Positions 27,085 to 38,563 of a stretch of DNA of 64,000 bases are shown piece after piece. The stretch's first letter is position 1. Each line of letters opens with the position of its first letter. Origin of the DNA: Octopus vulgaris (lineage: Eukaryota); NCBI GenBank assembly GCA_951406725.2, contig OX597825.1:80104001-80168000 (forward strand). Reading direction: 5' to 3'. Both the position numbers and the translations under genes were made by a program. The notes beneath the pieces were generated by a model. That model made no database searches. It was not told the origin of the DNA and worked only from the letters and a program-made list of their open reading frames with translations.

Positions 27085-27224
27085 CTAAAATATACATAAC
27101 ATTTTATGACCTCTTTCCAAAAATAATAAAACATTATTTGACTAAGGAATTGACATGCCTTCCCAGACAATACTATGCAAGTCAGCTTATAATTCATTTT
27201 GAATACCAACCCGCTGGTGGTTCC

Positions 27225-28870
27225 ATGATACAAACTGTAGAGTGTATGATGCATGTGTCCAAACTGCCATGTTACATGGCAGTAAAACATAGGCCATAAC
27301 TGCTGAGGGTTGAAAGAAATGAAGCTAGTATGATCCGCTGGATGTGTGATGTCTGTGCATACACGACAGAGTGAGCGCCCTGAGAGAAAAGTTAGACCTA
27401 AGAAGCACCAGATATGGTGTACAAGAGAGACAACTGCCACACCGTAACTGTGGAAGGGGTAGACCCAGGAAGACATGGGATGAGGTGGTGAAGCATGACC
27501 ATCGAACATTGGGCCTCACAGAAGCATACCTTTGAAGAAATGCTGTGATTGAGAAAAACCAGAAATTAAAGTGAGATCGCAGCCATGGCTGGTGCCAGTG
27601 TTGCATGTCTGGCCAATTTAAGAGTACTCTTGATGCATCAGGAAATAACATGCTTGAGAAGACCTGTTGAGTCAAGTAGAACCAAAATTGTAGCTGTGGC
27701 CAGTGCCCCTGGCTGGCTCCCGTTCCGGTGGCACATAAAATGCATCATCCAAATGTGGTCGATGTCAGTGCAGCTACCATACCAGTGGCATGTAAAAAGC
27801 ATTATCCAAACATGAACAATGCCAGGCCCACCTGCAGAAACATTGCCAGATCAGCCTGGTGCAGCCGCTGGGTCAAACCGTCAACCCATGCCAGCATGGA
27901 AAACGGACTCAACAATGATGCTGAAACCTCCTGCTTCAAAATGATCTAAAAACACTACCAAAAGACAGGGAAACACCCTGGTCCACCAGGAATTACTGCT
28001 GAACAGCTTAGGAAATTTGGAAGAGCTGGATATGGTCTTGACACTCATATAGTTAATCAAGTTATTCAGAAAGGTGCAATCCCCAGTGACTGGTGTAGCA
28101 GCATCATAGCTGCTACAAGGGAAGAGGAGATACCTTAGAATTATAGAGGTATCAAACTGCTGGACTGGGGTGATGAAAGCTGTAGAGAGTCAAAGCCCAT
28201 TTAATTAGGAACAGAATTAGATTAGATGAAATGCTCTCTGGCTTTGGCCCAGGGAGAAACACCACAGATGCTATTTTCATGCTATTAGTGAGGCAACTAA
28301 CTGCAAGAAGTATTTAGCTAACAACAAGATGTACTTGACATGGGTTGATCTAGAGAAAGCCTACAATAGAGTACCTTGCTCTGCAATAATGGTGGTCTCT
28401 GAGGAAGCTAGGGACACATGAATGGCTTGTGAAAGCAGTACAGGGGTACTGTTAGTAAGCTATGGGTACAGTGATGAATTTAGTGTACAGGATCACCCCT
28501 TATATTCAACTTTGTCCTCCAAGCCATAACAGAGGAATTTAAGACTGGAAGCTCACTGGGATTTCTTGCTCTCATAGAGAAGCTGTAACAGAACTAGAAA
28601 AGAAATTCCAAGTTTGGAAAGAAAACCTGGAATCAAAGGGTTTAAACTTAGCAAGGAAACAGACAGGACCCTAGTCCATATGTAGGGAAAATGTATTCAG
28701 AAATTCCATTCAGTGTAGCCAGTGCAAGCTATGTTAACAGAGAAAGTAGTCTTTATATGTGGAAGATGTAGAGGAACCAAGAAAGACTTCAGATACTTGG
28801 GAAATAGACTTTCTCAAATGCCTCCAAAGGGCTCTTTGGAAATAGTAGCTAATAATTTCTGTTTACTGAA
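27225..28870 (+). mobile_element. Two degenerate RTE LINE fragments (3' end; RT domain) in RPS17 intron 2
   Basis: 27225-27920 parallels 25860-26610; 27950-28870 shows YRGIKLL, GF.PGR.TTDAIF and DLEKAYNRVP RT motifs, with many disruptions. Confidence 0.8.
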
Positions 28871-29365
28871 AGTAGAACTGCTAGAATAATTACTGTAAAA
28901 ACTTTTTCAAGGAGAGATACGATTCTACATTAGCTCCCAGATAAGACCACTTGGTTGATTTTTCCCACTAACACCAGGGATTAGAAGCAGGAAATTTGGT
29001 TATGGAGAACATCTGTTGACCAAATTAGAAATTTATTTGAATCTTTCGTTTGCAGACAATTGTTTACCACATAAGAACGTGGCTGGCACAGAGCTCGCCA
29101 AAATATATTCCACCCATGTTCCAATACTTGGACCACAAAGATTATTTACCAACAGTATTGAGGAAATTATTTTTCATAAAGTACAAAAACGAAAACGAAG
29201 CACGGCAAAAAAAAAGGAATTGGCTTCGTTGTTCTTACCATCAACAGAATTACTGTATAATTAAGAGGGAAAATTGCATAAAAAACGTAAATAAGGAAAC
29301 CGTTGAACAGATTCCAATCAATTTTAGGATTCATTTCGAAAAAAGAAAGAAAATGTTTGACTCAC

Positions 29366-29517
29366 CCAGCAATTTTGTTGCGAAGGGTCTTGCTAGGGAT
29401 AATAGCAATTTCATCACATATCTTTTTGTTTGTATGAAAATCTAGTGTCATACGAGTGTAGTATTTCTCGATGATAACACGTGCGGCTTTTTTCACAGTT
29501 TTAGTTCGTACAGCACC
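29366..29517 (-). CDS. RPS17: RPS17 exon 2 ([51 protein letters not shown])
   Basis: CAG acceptor, GTGAGT donor, 152 nt; eS17 N-terminal signature. Confidence 0.97.
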
Positions 29518-29725
29518 CTGCAAGACAGACAAACAGGTTCGTTATTAAGAGACGGGCGACTGAATAATTGTTAGAATTTCTATACTGTTGGTGTTGAATA
29601 CAATAAAATAAACACACACATATATAAGATCGATAAAAAGGCTTCTTTTAGATGGTACTGATGGTAGAAATAAAACGAAGAATAAAAGAGATAATTAGAG
29701 ATTTATTGTAAGCCTCGTTACTCAC

Positions 29726-29728
29726 CAT
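29726..29728 (-). CDS. RPS17: RPS17 exon 1 coding part (ATG only)
   Basis: CATC-ATG|GTGAGT on the minus strand; an ATG-only first coding exon is typical of RP genes and is in phase with exon 2. Confidence 0.9.
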
Positions 29729-29850
29729 GATGGATTAATGCTGAGGAAATACGGAAAGGCCGGATGTAGAATTTGTTACCCAGAATTCAATTAAAATAAC
29801 GGGAAATAACTCCTACAGCAACCGGAAGTGAAATAAAAGAGCATGGCGCC
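29729..29850. promoter_or_regulatory. Compact bidirectional promoter: RPS17 TCT/5'TOP start plus ETS and YY1-like motifs
   Basis: Minus strand GCCTTTCCGTATTTCCTC (pyrimidine initiator, ~29759) about 30 nt before the ATG; CCGGATGT at 29760-29767, CCGGAAGTG at 29822-29830, CATGGCG at 29842-29848. Confidence 0.7.
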
Positions 29851-29923
29851 AGTCGTGTGATTGATTCATTCGTCTCTGAAAGAAAACCCGGAGAAGAAGA
29901 ACGAGGAGCAGCGACTAAGAAAG
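29845..29923 (+). other. Probable non-coding first exon of AMACR
   Basis: Purine/CpG-rich segment ending in AAG|GTAAAA at 29923/29924. The AMACR ATG exon is preceded by an acceptor (TTTCAG|AAAATG), so an upstream exon is expected, and I saw no other promoter-like island in between. Start approximate. Confidence 0.55.
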
Positions 29924-30019
29924 GTAAAACTTTTATTGTAAATTACTAAATTATAACTTACAAAGGACAAAAAAAAAAAATGAGATATTTCTATTGTGTA
30001 ACCTGACGGGGAAAGTAAA

Positions 30020-31800
30020 TAACTTTTTGTTCTGTTTCTCATATAATTATGACTTTCATAGAATTACGATCCTCACGAATGATTTTTTCCCAATTGTTCA
30101 AGGTTTTGATCTCTTTTTGTTTGTTAGCTTATTCGGCACTGTCATGCTTTTAGCTAAAAGCATGACAGTGCCGCTTATTCTTCATAAGTATGAGACATCT
30201 GTTCCTAAACTGCTATTTTATTTATGATAGGGTCGGTCCTAGAAAATATACGACATCCTCCAAGTGTCGGATGTGTGCCATGCGCATCCACCCCTTTCTG
30301 ATTAAAAAAAAATTGTCTACAAAATCCCACGTGGCGACCTTTCCGTCGATTTTCGTAAAAAACTTCTTTTTTTTTTACATATGGGCTTGCGGGAACTTTT
30401 GAAGTAATGAGAGCGAAAGAGACTAAGAGAAAGCGATTTTATGACGAGGGAAGTTCTTTTGAAGTTACCGTGCATGGGAGCATTGATGGACATGTGTGTG
30501 TGCGTGTGTTTGATGGGGTGTGGGAGACAGACAGTATGTTGTGTAAGTGAAGTGCTTCTGTTAGTGTGTGTGAAGAGACAGAGAGAGTAATGTGTGAAAG
30601 AGAGAGATAACTGAAAAACGAAGACACACATACATGCATACAATGTGATAATGTTCCAATAATCATTCAGGTTTTGGCTTCTGAATGAGACCCGTGTTCA
30701 AAAATAGTCCTAAAAAGGTCAAGATCAAGGATATTGTCGGCTGAGAGGACAACTTTGGCCACTGACTGAACCTGCTTTGTGGCGAAAGTCCATCGCCCTG
30801 GCCCCGAACTTGGTGTTCTTCTGCCATCTTGTCCATTGCCTTTGTAGCATACTTTTTCGTGAAGTCAATCAGAAAGAAGTCAAGTGGTTGCTTTGTCCTC
30901 TGAAGGTTGATCAACAATCCCCAACCAGGGACCAACACCTTGCCCTTCACCTTCATCGCTACTACTGTCCTCATTGTCATGTTCACATAATTCACCTTCA
31001 TCATTGCTGCTTTCAATGTGCTCAAAGTTCACCGAAAAAGTCACCTTCTGACAGCATATACATGCCTGAAACATCACTCTTGTCACCATAATCACTATTA
31101 GAGTCAAGGCCAGGATCATGGAATCACTCAACTGAAAATATCAAGCTTTGGAGATCGTAGAAGCAAGCATAGCACAGAATACGAACTCACGACAAATGCT
31201 AAATCTTCATGCACACAAAAATATAGGGAATTGTTGTATTCATTTGGAAAGAGATTGCATGATGAATAATTAAGCCATCTTTCGGCTGAAATTTAATGTT
31301 GTACAATTTTTGAAATTCTGATAATCTCTTTCCAATTAAGAATTATGGTAAGTTAATTGACTATTTGAATCTGAATTTTTGTTCTTTTTATTTCAATAAA
31401 ACGGGTGGGTGTTCTTGGCTCGCTTTGCTTCGATCATTTTCAAAGAATCGGTTTTTATATTTTGTCACAAATTAGATACTTGTAACTAGTAACAGCAGGG
31501 AGGCCTAAGTCATTTTCTTTCACTAGTTAAGATATACTACTTATACACAGAGCAGGGTTTAATATGGTGTCTAGTCTTAGATCTTGTGACTTCATATATT
31601 TTTGTATTATTTATTTTGCAGATAGTTTCTATAACACTCTTACTACTTGTGATTTGCAGCTATGTAATCCTATCATATGGTTCTTCTTTTGTGTTCAATA
31701 AATTACAGTTTTTTTGGTTTTTTTGAAAATCAATAATATTGTGGCCTGTCAACCTGTGCCTGATGGCCACAATCATGGCCTGTCACACTTAATGTGTTAA
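30020..31800 (-). mobile_element. Degenerate piggyBac-like element, longest copy and source of the array core
   Basis: Minus-strand acidic tract (ESSNDEGELCEHDNEDSSSDEGEG) followed by PLDFFLIDF...YA...FLGLFLNTGLIQKP, typical of PGBD transposases; candidate end CACTTAATGTG-TTAA at 31786-31800 with subterminal GGCCTGTCA repeats. Confidence 0.65.
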
Positions 31801-32199
31801 AGTCGACACTGCTCCGCTAAACGCAGAAAATTTCTGTCTCACTATCAGCCAAAATGCACAAATTTTTTTATTTTTAAACCTCTGTAACTTTTTCTTCTAA
31901 TTTTTTTCTCCAAAGCATCATACCTTCATAGCAATTAGACTGAAAGACTTTATTATACCTGATTTTCAGATCTTTTACTGCCTTTTAAAACATGTATACT
32001 TTGTGAATGAAAAATCTATAGTCATTCAAGCAACGCTAACAATACAAAGGTTAGCCAGAAAAACACGAGTGAACTATATAATTCCAACAGAACATAATGC
32101 TTGTGCTCTATTACCAAAAGAGGGAACAGGAAGACAAACTACAAAACCCTTCAGGTAGATGGCCCTTCTCGACCTGTAGGAAAGGTGTAGGTAGAAACT

Positions 32200-32689
32200 C
32201 TATAAGATGTACCCAGTGTAAGCTATGGACACATAAGAGGTGCAGCAATATCAAAGGAAGGCTAACTGGGAAGACAGTTTTGTATGTGGCAAATGCTCAG
32301 ATGCTATAAACACTGAAAATGTGCAGAGAACAGCTTCTGTCACATTCCAGGGAGAAAAACTTGAAGTAGTTGATAGCTTCTGTAACTTAATGGACCAAGT
32401 AAATAGCAGGGGTGGATGCTCTGAAAGTGTAGCTTCTAGAATAAGAATAGCCTGAGCAAAGTTCAGAGAGATGCTACCTCTGCTGGTGACTTGGTCCCCT
32501 AGGTAACGGAAGCTATCAACTACTTGTAGTTTTTCTCCCAGGAATGTGACAGAAGCTGTTCTCTGCACATTTTCAGTGTTTATAGCATCTGAGCATTTGC
32601 CACATACAAAACTGTCTTCCCAGTTAGCTTTCCTTTGATATTGCTGCACCTCTTATGTGTCCATAGCTTACACTGGGTACATCTTATAG
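32200..32689. repeat. RTE-derived long inverted repeat, copy 1 (core orientation A)
   Basis: 32200-~32415 is the reverse complement of ~32475-32689, with a ~60-nt spacer. Confidence 0.95.
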
Positions 32690-34166
32690 TGAAAAACTTT
32701 TTGTACTGCTTCTCATATAATTGTCTTTCATAGAATTACGACCATGACGAAAGATTTTTTTTCCCCAATTGTTCAAGGTTTTGCTGTGTTTTTGTTACAA
32801 CACCTTGCCCTTCCCCTTCACTGCTGCTTTCAATGTGCTCAAAGTTTACCGAAAAGTCACCCTCTGACAGCATATACATGCCTGAAACATCACTCTTGTC
32901 ACCATAATCACTATTACTCAAGGCCAGGATCCATGGAATCACTCAAATGCAAAATAAACTGAATTGTTGTATTCATTTGGAAAGAGATTGCATGATGAAT
33001 AATTAAGCCATCTTTCGGCTGAAATTTAATGTTGTACAATTTTTGAAATTCTGATAATCTCTTTCCAATTAAGAATTATAGATATCAATTAGATTCTATT
33101 TTGTATATTGTTACAAGAGAGCTTTTGTGTTTTCTGGCCAATGAGATTGTCTTCAAAGTAAGGAGAGAAATCATCTTTGTTTATACAAATACATCTTTGA
33201 AATGTCTGTATAGTTGCCAAAAGCAAGATGATGAACATATAAATTGTAATTGCTGAATATGTAGTCATGATACCAGTATGTCATAGTGGCTGCTTTGTCC
33301 TCTGAAGGTTGATCAACAATCCCCAACCAGGGACCAACACCTTGCCCTTCACCTTCATCTACTACTGCCCTCATTGTCATGTTCACATAATTCACCTCCA
33401 TCATTGCTGCTTTCAATGTGCTCAAAGTTCACCGAAAAAGTCACCTTCTGACAGCATATACATGCCTGAAACATCACTCTTGTCACCATAATCACTATTA
33501 GAGTCAAGGCCAGGATCCATGGAATCACTCAAATGCAAAATAAACTGAAAATATCAAGCTTTGGAGATCGTAGAAGCAAGCATAGCACAGAATACGAACT
33601 TGCGACAAACGCTAAATCTTCATGCACACAAAAATATAGGGAATTGTTGTATTCATTTGGAAAGAGATTGCATGATGAATAATTAAGCCATCTTTCGGCT
33701 GAAATTTAATGTTGTACAATTTTTGAAATTCTGATAATCTCTTTCCAATTAAGAATTATGGTAAGTTAATTGACTATTTGAATCTGAATTTTTGTTCTTT
33801 TTATTTCAATAAAACGGGTGGGTGTTCTTGGCTCACTTTGCTTAGATCATTTTCAAAGAATCGGTTTTTTCTCCAAGGCATCATACCTTCATAGCAATTA
33901 GACTGAAAGACTTTATTATACCTGATTTTCAGATCTTTTACTGCCTTTTAAAACATGTATACTTTGTGAATGAAAAATCTATAGTCATTCAAGCAACGCT
34001 AACAATACAAAGGTTAGCCAGAAAAACACGAGTGAACTATATAATTCCAACAGAACATAATGCTTGTGCTCTATTACTAAAAGAGGGAACAGGAAGACAG
34101 GCAAACTACAAATCCCTTCAGGTAGATGGCCCTTCTCGACCTGTAGGAAAGGTGTAGGTAGAAACT

Positions 34167-34656
34167 CTATAAGATGTACCCAGTGTGAGCTATGGACACA
34201 TAAGAGGTGCAGCAATATCAAAGGAAGGCTAACTGGGAAGACAGTTTTGTATGTGGCAAATGCTCAGATGCTATAAACACTGAAAATGTGCAGAGAACAG
34301 CTTCTGTCACATTCCAGGAAGAAAAAACTACAAGTAGTTGATAGCTTCCGTTACCTAGGGGACCAAGTCACCAGCAGAGGTAGGATCTCTCTGAACTTTG
34401 CTCAGGCTATTCTTATTCTAGCAGCTACACTTTCAGAGCATCCACCCCTGCTACTGACTTGGTCCATTAAGTTACAGAAGCTATCAACTACTTCAAGTTT
34501 TTCTCCCTGGAATGTGTCAGAAGCTGTTCTCTGCACATTTTCAGTGTTTATAGCATCTGAGCATTTGCCACATACAAAACTGTCTTCCCAGTTAGCCTTC
34601 TTTGATATTGGTGCACCTCTTATGTGTCCATAGCTCACACTGGGTACATCTTATAG
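34167..34656. repeat. RTE-derived long inverted repeat, copy 2 (core orientation B)
   Basis: Same arms; centre reads ...CTCTGAACTTTGCTCAGGCTATTCTTATTC..., the reverse complement of the copy 1 centre. Confidence 0.95.
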
Positions 34657-36188
34657 TGAAATACTTTTTGTACTGCTTCGCTATTTTATATAATTATGTC
34701 TTTCATAGAATTACGACCCTGACGAAAGATTTTTTCCCCAATTGTTCAAGGTTTTTGCTGTGTTTTTGTTAGAACACCTTGCCCTTCACCTTCATCGCTA
34801 CTACTGTCCTCAATGTCATGTTCACATAATTCACCTCCATCATTGCTGCTTTCAATGTGCTCAAAGTTCACCGAAAAAGTCACCTTCTGACAGCATATAC
34901 ATGCCTGAAACATCACTCTTGTCACCATAATCACTATTACTCAAGGCCAGGATCCATGGAATCACTCAAATGCAAAATAAACTGAATTGTTGTATTCATT
35001 TGGAAAGAGATTGCATGATGAATAATTAAGCCATCTTTCGGCTGAAATTTAATGTTGTACAATTTTTGAAATTCTGATAATCTCTTTCCAATTAAGAATT
35101 ATAGATATCAATTAGATTCTATTTTGTATATTGTTACAAGAGAGCTTTTGTGTTTTCTGGCCAATGAGGTTGTCTTCAAAGTAAGGAGAGAAATCATCTT
35201 TGTTTATACAAATACATCTTTGAAATGTCTGTATAGTTGCCAAAAGCAAGATGATGAACATATAAATTGTAATTGCTGAATATGTAGTCATGATACCAGT
35301 ATGTCATAGTGGCTGCTTTGTCCTCTGAAGGTTGATCAACAATCCCCAACCAGGGACCAACACCTTGCCCTTCACCTTCATTTACTACTGCCCTCATTGT
35401 CATGTTCACATAATTCACCTCCATCATTGCTGCTTTCAATGTGCTCAAAGTTCACCGAAAAGTCACCCACTGACAGCATATACATGCCTGAAACATCACT
35501 CTTGTCACCATAATCACTATTAGAGTCAAGGCCAGGATCCATGGAATCACTCAAATGCAAAATAAACTGAAAATATCAAGCTTTGGAGATCGTAGAAGCA
35601 AGCATAGCACAGAATATGAACTCACGACAAACGCTAAATCTTCATGCACACAAAAATATAGGGAATTGTTGTATTCATTTGGAAAGAGATTGCATGATGA
35701 ATAATTAAGCCATCTTTCGGCTGAAATTTAATGTTGTACAATTTTTGAAATTCTGATAATCTCTTTCCAATTAAGAATTATGGTAAGTTAATTGACTATT
35801 TGAATCTGAATTTTTGTTCTTTTTATTTCAATAAAACGGGTGGGTGTTCTTGGCTCACTTTGCTTAGATCATTTTCAAAGAATCGGTTTTTTCTCCAAGG
35901 CATCATACCTTCATAGCAATTAGACTGAAAGACTTTATTATACCTGATTTTCAGATCTTTTACTGCCTTTTAAAACATGTATACTTTGTGAATGAAAAAT
36001 CTATAGTCATTCAAGCAACGCTAACAATACAAAGGTTAGCCAGAAAAACACGAGTGAACTATATAATTCCAACAGAACATAATGCTTGTGCTCTATTACT
36101 AAAAGAGGGAACAGGACGACAGACAAACTACAAATCCCTTCAGGTAGATGGCCCTTCTCGACCTGTAGGAAAGGTGTAGGTAGAAACT

Positions 36189-36678
36189 CTATAAGATGTA
36201 CCCAGTGTGAGCTATGGACACATAAGAGGTGCAGCAATATCAAAGGAAGGCTAACTGGGAAGACAGTTTTGTATGTGGCAAATGCTCAGATGCTATAAAC
36301 ACTGAAAATGTGCAGAGAACAGCTTCTGTCACATTCCAGGAAGAAAAAACTACAAGTAGTTGATAGCTTCCGTTACCTAGGGGACCAAGTCACCAGCAGA
36401 GGTAGGATCTCTCTGAACTTTGCTCAGGCTATTCTTATTCTAGCAGCTACACTTTCAGAGCATCCACCCCTGCTACTGACTTGGTCCATTAAGTTACAGA
36501 AGCTATCAACTACTTCAAGTTTTTCTCCCTGGAATGTGTCAGAAGCTGTTCTCTGCACATTTTCAGTGTTTATAGCATCTGAGCATTTGCCACATACAAA
36601 ACTGTCTTCCCAGTTAGCCTTCTTTGATATTGGTGCACCTCTTATGTGTCCATAGCTCACACTGGGTACATCTTATAG
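36189..36678. repeat. RTE-derived long inverted repeat, copy 3 (core orientation B)
   Basis: Essentially identical to copy 2. Confidence 0.95.
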
Positions 36679-38073
36679 TGAAATACTTTTTGTACTGCTT
36701 CGCTATTTTATATAATTATGTCTTTCATAGAATTACGACCCTGACGAAAGATTTTTTCCCCAATTGTTCAAGGTTTTTGCTGTGTTTTTGTTAGAACACC
36801 TTGCCCTTCACCTTCATCGCTACTACTGTCCTCAATGTCATGTTCACATAATTCACCTCCATCATTGCTGCTTTCAATGTGCTCAAAGTTCACCGAAAAA
36901 GTCACCTTCTGACAGCATATACATGCCTGAAACATCACTCTTGTCACCATAATCACTATTAGAGTCAAGGCCAGGATCCATGGAATCACTCAAATGCAAA
37001 ATAAACTGAAAATATCAAGCTTTGGAGATCGTAGAAGCAAGCATAGCACAGAATACGAACTCGCGACAAACGCTAAACCTTCATGCACACAAAAATATAG
37101 GGAATTGTTGTATTCATTTGGAAAGAGATTGCATGATGAATAATTAAGCCATCTTTCGGCTGAAATTTAATGTTGTACAATTTTTGAAATTCTGATAATC
37201 TCTTTCCAATTAAGAATTATGGTAAGTTAATTGACTATTTGAATCTGAATTTTTGTTCTTTTTATTTCAATAAAACGGGTGGGTGTTCTTGGCTCGCTTT
37301 GCTTCGATCATTTTCAAAGAATCGGTTTTTATATTTTGTCACAAATTAGATACTTGTAACTAGTAACAGCAGGGAGGCCTCTGTCATTTTCTTTCACTAG
37401 TTAAGATATACTACTTATACACAGAGCAGGGTTTAATATGGTGTCTAGTCTTAGATCTTGTGACTTCATATATTTTTGTATTATTTATTTTGCAGATAGT
37501 TTCTATAACACTCTTACTACTTGTGATTTGCAGCTATGTAATCCTATCATATGGTTCTTCTCTTGTGTTCAATAAATTACAGTTTTTTTGGTTTTTTTGA
37601 AAATCGATATTATTGTGGCCTGTCAACCTGTGCCTGATGGCCACAATCATGGCCTGTCACACTTAATGTGTTAAAGTCGACACTGCTCCGCTAAACGCAG
37701 AAAATTTCTGTCTCACTATCAGCCAAAATGCACAAATTTTTTTATTTTTAAACCTCTGTAACTTTTTCTTCTAATTTTTTTCTCCAAAGCATCATACCTT
37801 CATAGCAATTAGACTGAAAGACTTTATTATACCTGATTTTCATATCTTTTACTGCCTTTTAAAACATGTATACTTTGTGAATGAAAAATCTATAGTCATT
37901 CAAGCAACGCTAACAATACAAAGGTTAGCCAGAAAAACACGAGTGAACTATATAATTCCAACAGAACATAATGCTTGTGCTCTATTACCAAAAGAGGGAA
38001 CAGGAAGACAAACTACAAAACCCTTCAGGTAGATGGCCCTTCTCGACCTGTAGGAAAGGTGTAGGTAGAAACT

Positions 38074-38563
38074 CTATAAGATGTACCCAGTGTAAGCTAT
38101 GGACACATAAGAGGTGCAGCAATATCAAAGGAAGGCTAACTGGGAAGACAGTTTTGTATGTGGCAAATGCTCAGATGCTATAAACACTGAAAATGTGCAG
38201 AGAACAGCTTCTGACACATTCCAGGGAGAAAAACTTGAAGTAGTTGATAGCTTCTGTAACTTAATGGACCAAGTAAATAGCAGGGGTGGATGCTCTGAAA
38301 GTGTAGCTTCTAGAATAAGAATAGCCTGAGCAAAGTTCAGAGAGATCCTACCTTTGCTGGTGACTTGGTCCCCTAGGTAACGGAAGCTATCAACTACTTG
38401 TAGTTTTTCTCCCTGGAATGTGACAGAAGCTGTTCTCTGCACATTTTCAGTGTTCATAGCATCTGAGCATTTGCCACATACAAAACTGTCTTCCCAGTTA
38501 GCTTTCCTTTGATATTGCTGCACCTCTTATGTGTCCATAGCTTACACTGGGTACATCTTATAG
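38074..38563. repeat. RTE-derived long inverted repeat, copy 4 (core orientation A)
   Basis: Centre oriented as in copy 1. Confidence 0.95.

Noticed and set aside
29016-29445. Plus-strand ORFs of 82 and 131 aa
   Set aside because: Antisense to RPS17 exon 2 and intron 2; no recognisable protein.
32097-32455. Tandem family of small PHD/zinc-finger genes (CRKGVGRNSIRCTQCKLWTHKRC)
   Set aside because: Frameshifted Cys-rich segment of the RTE ORF; a decayed homolog lies within the RTE remnant at ~28670-28780.
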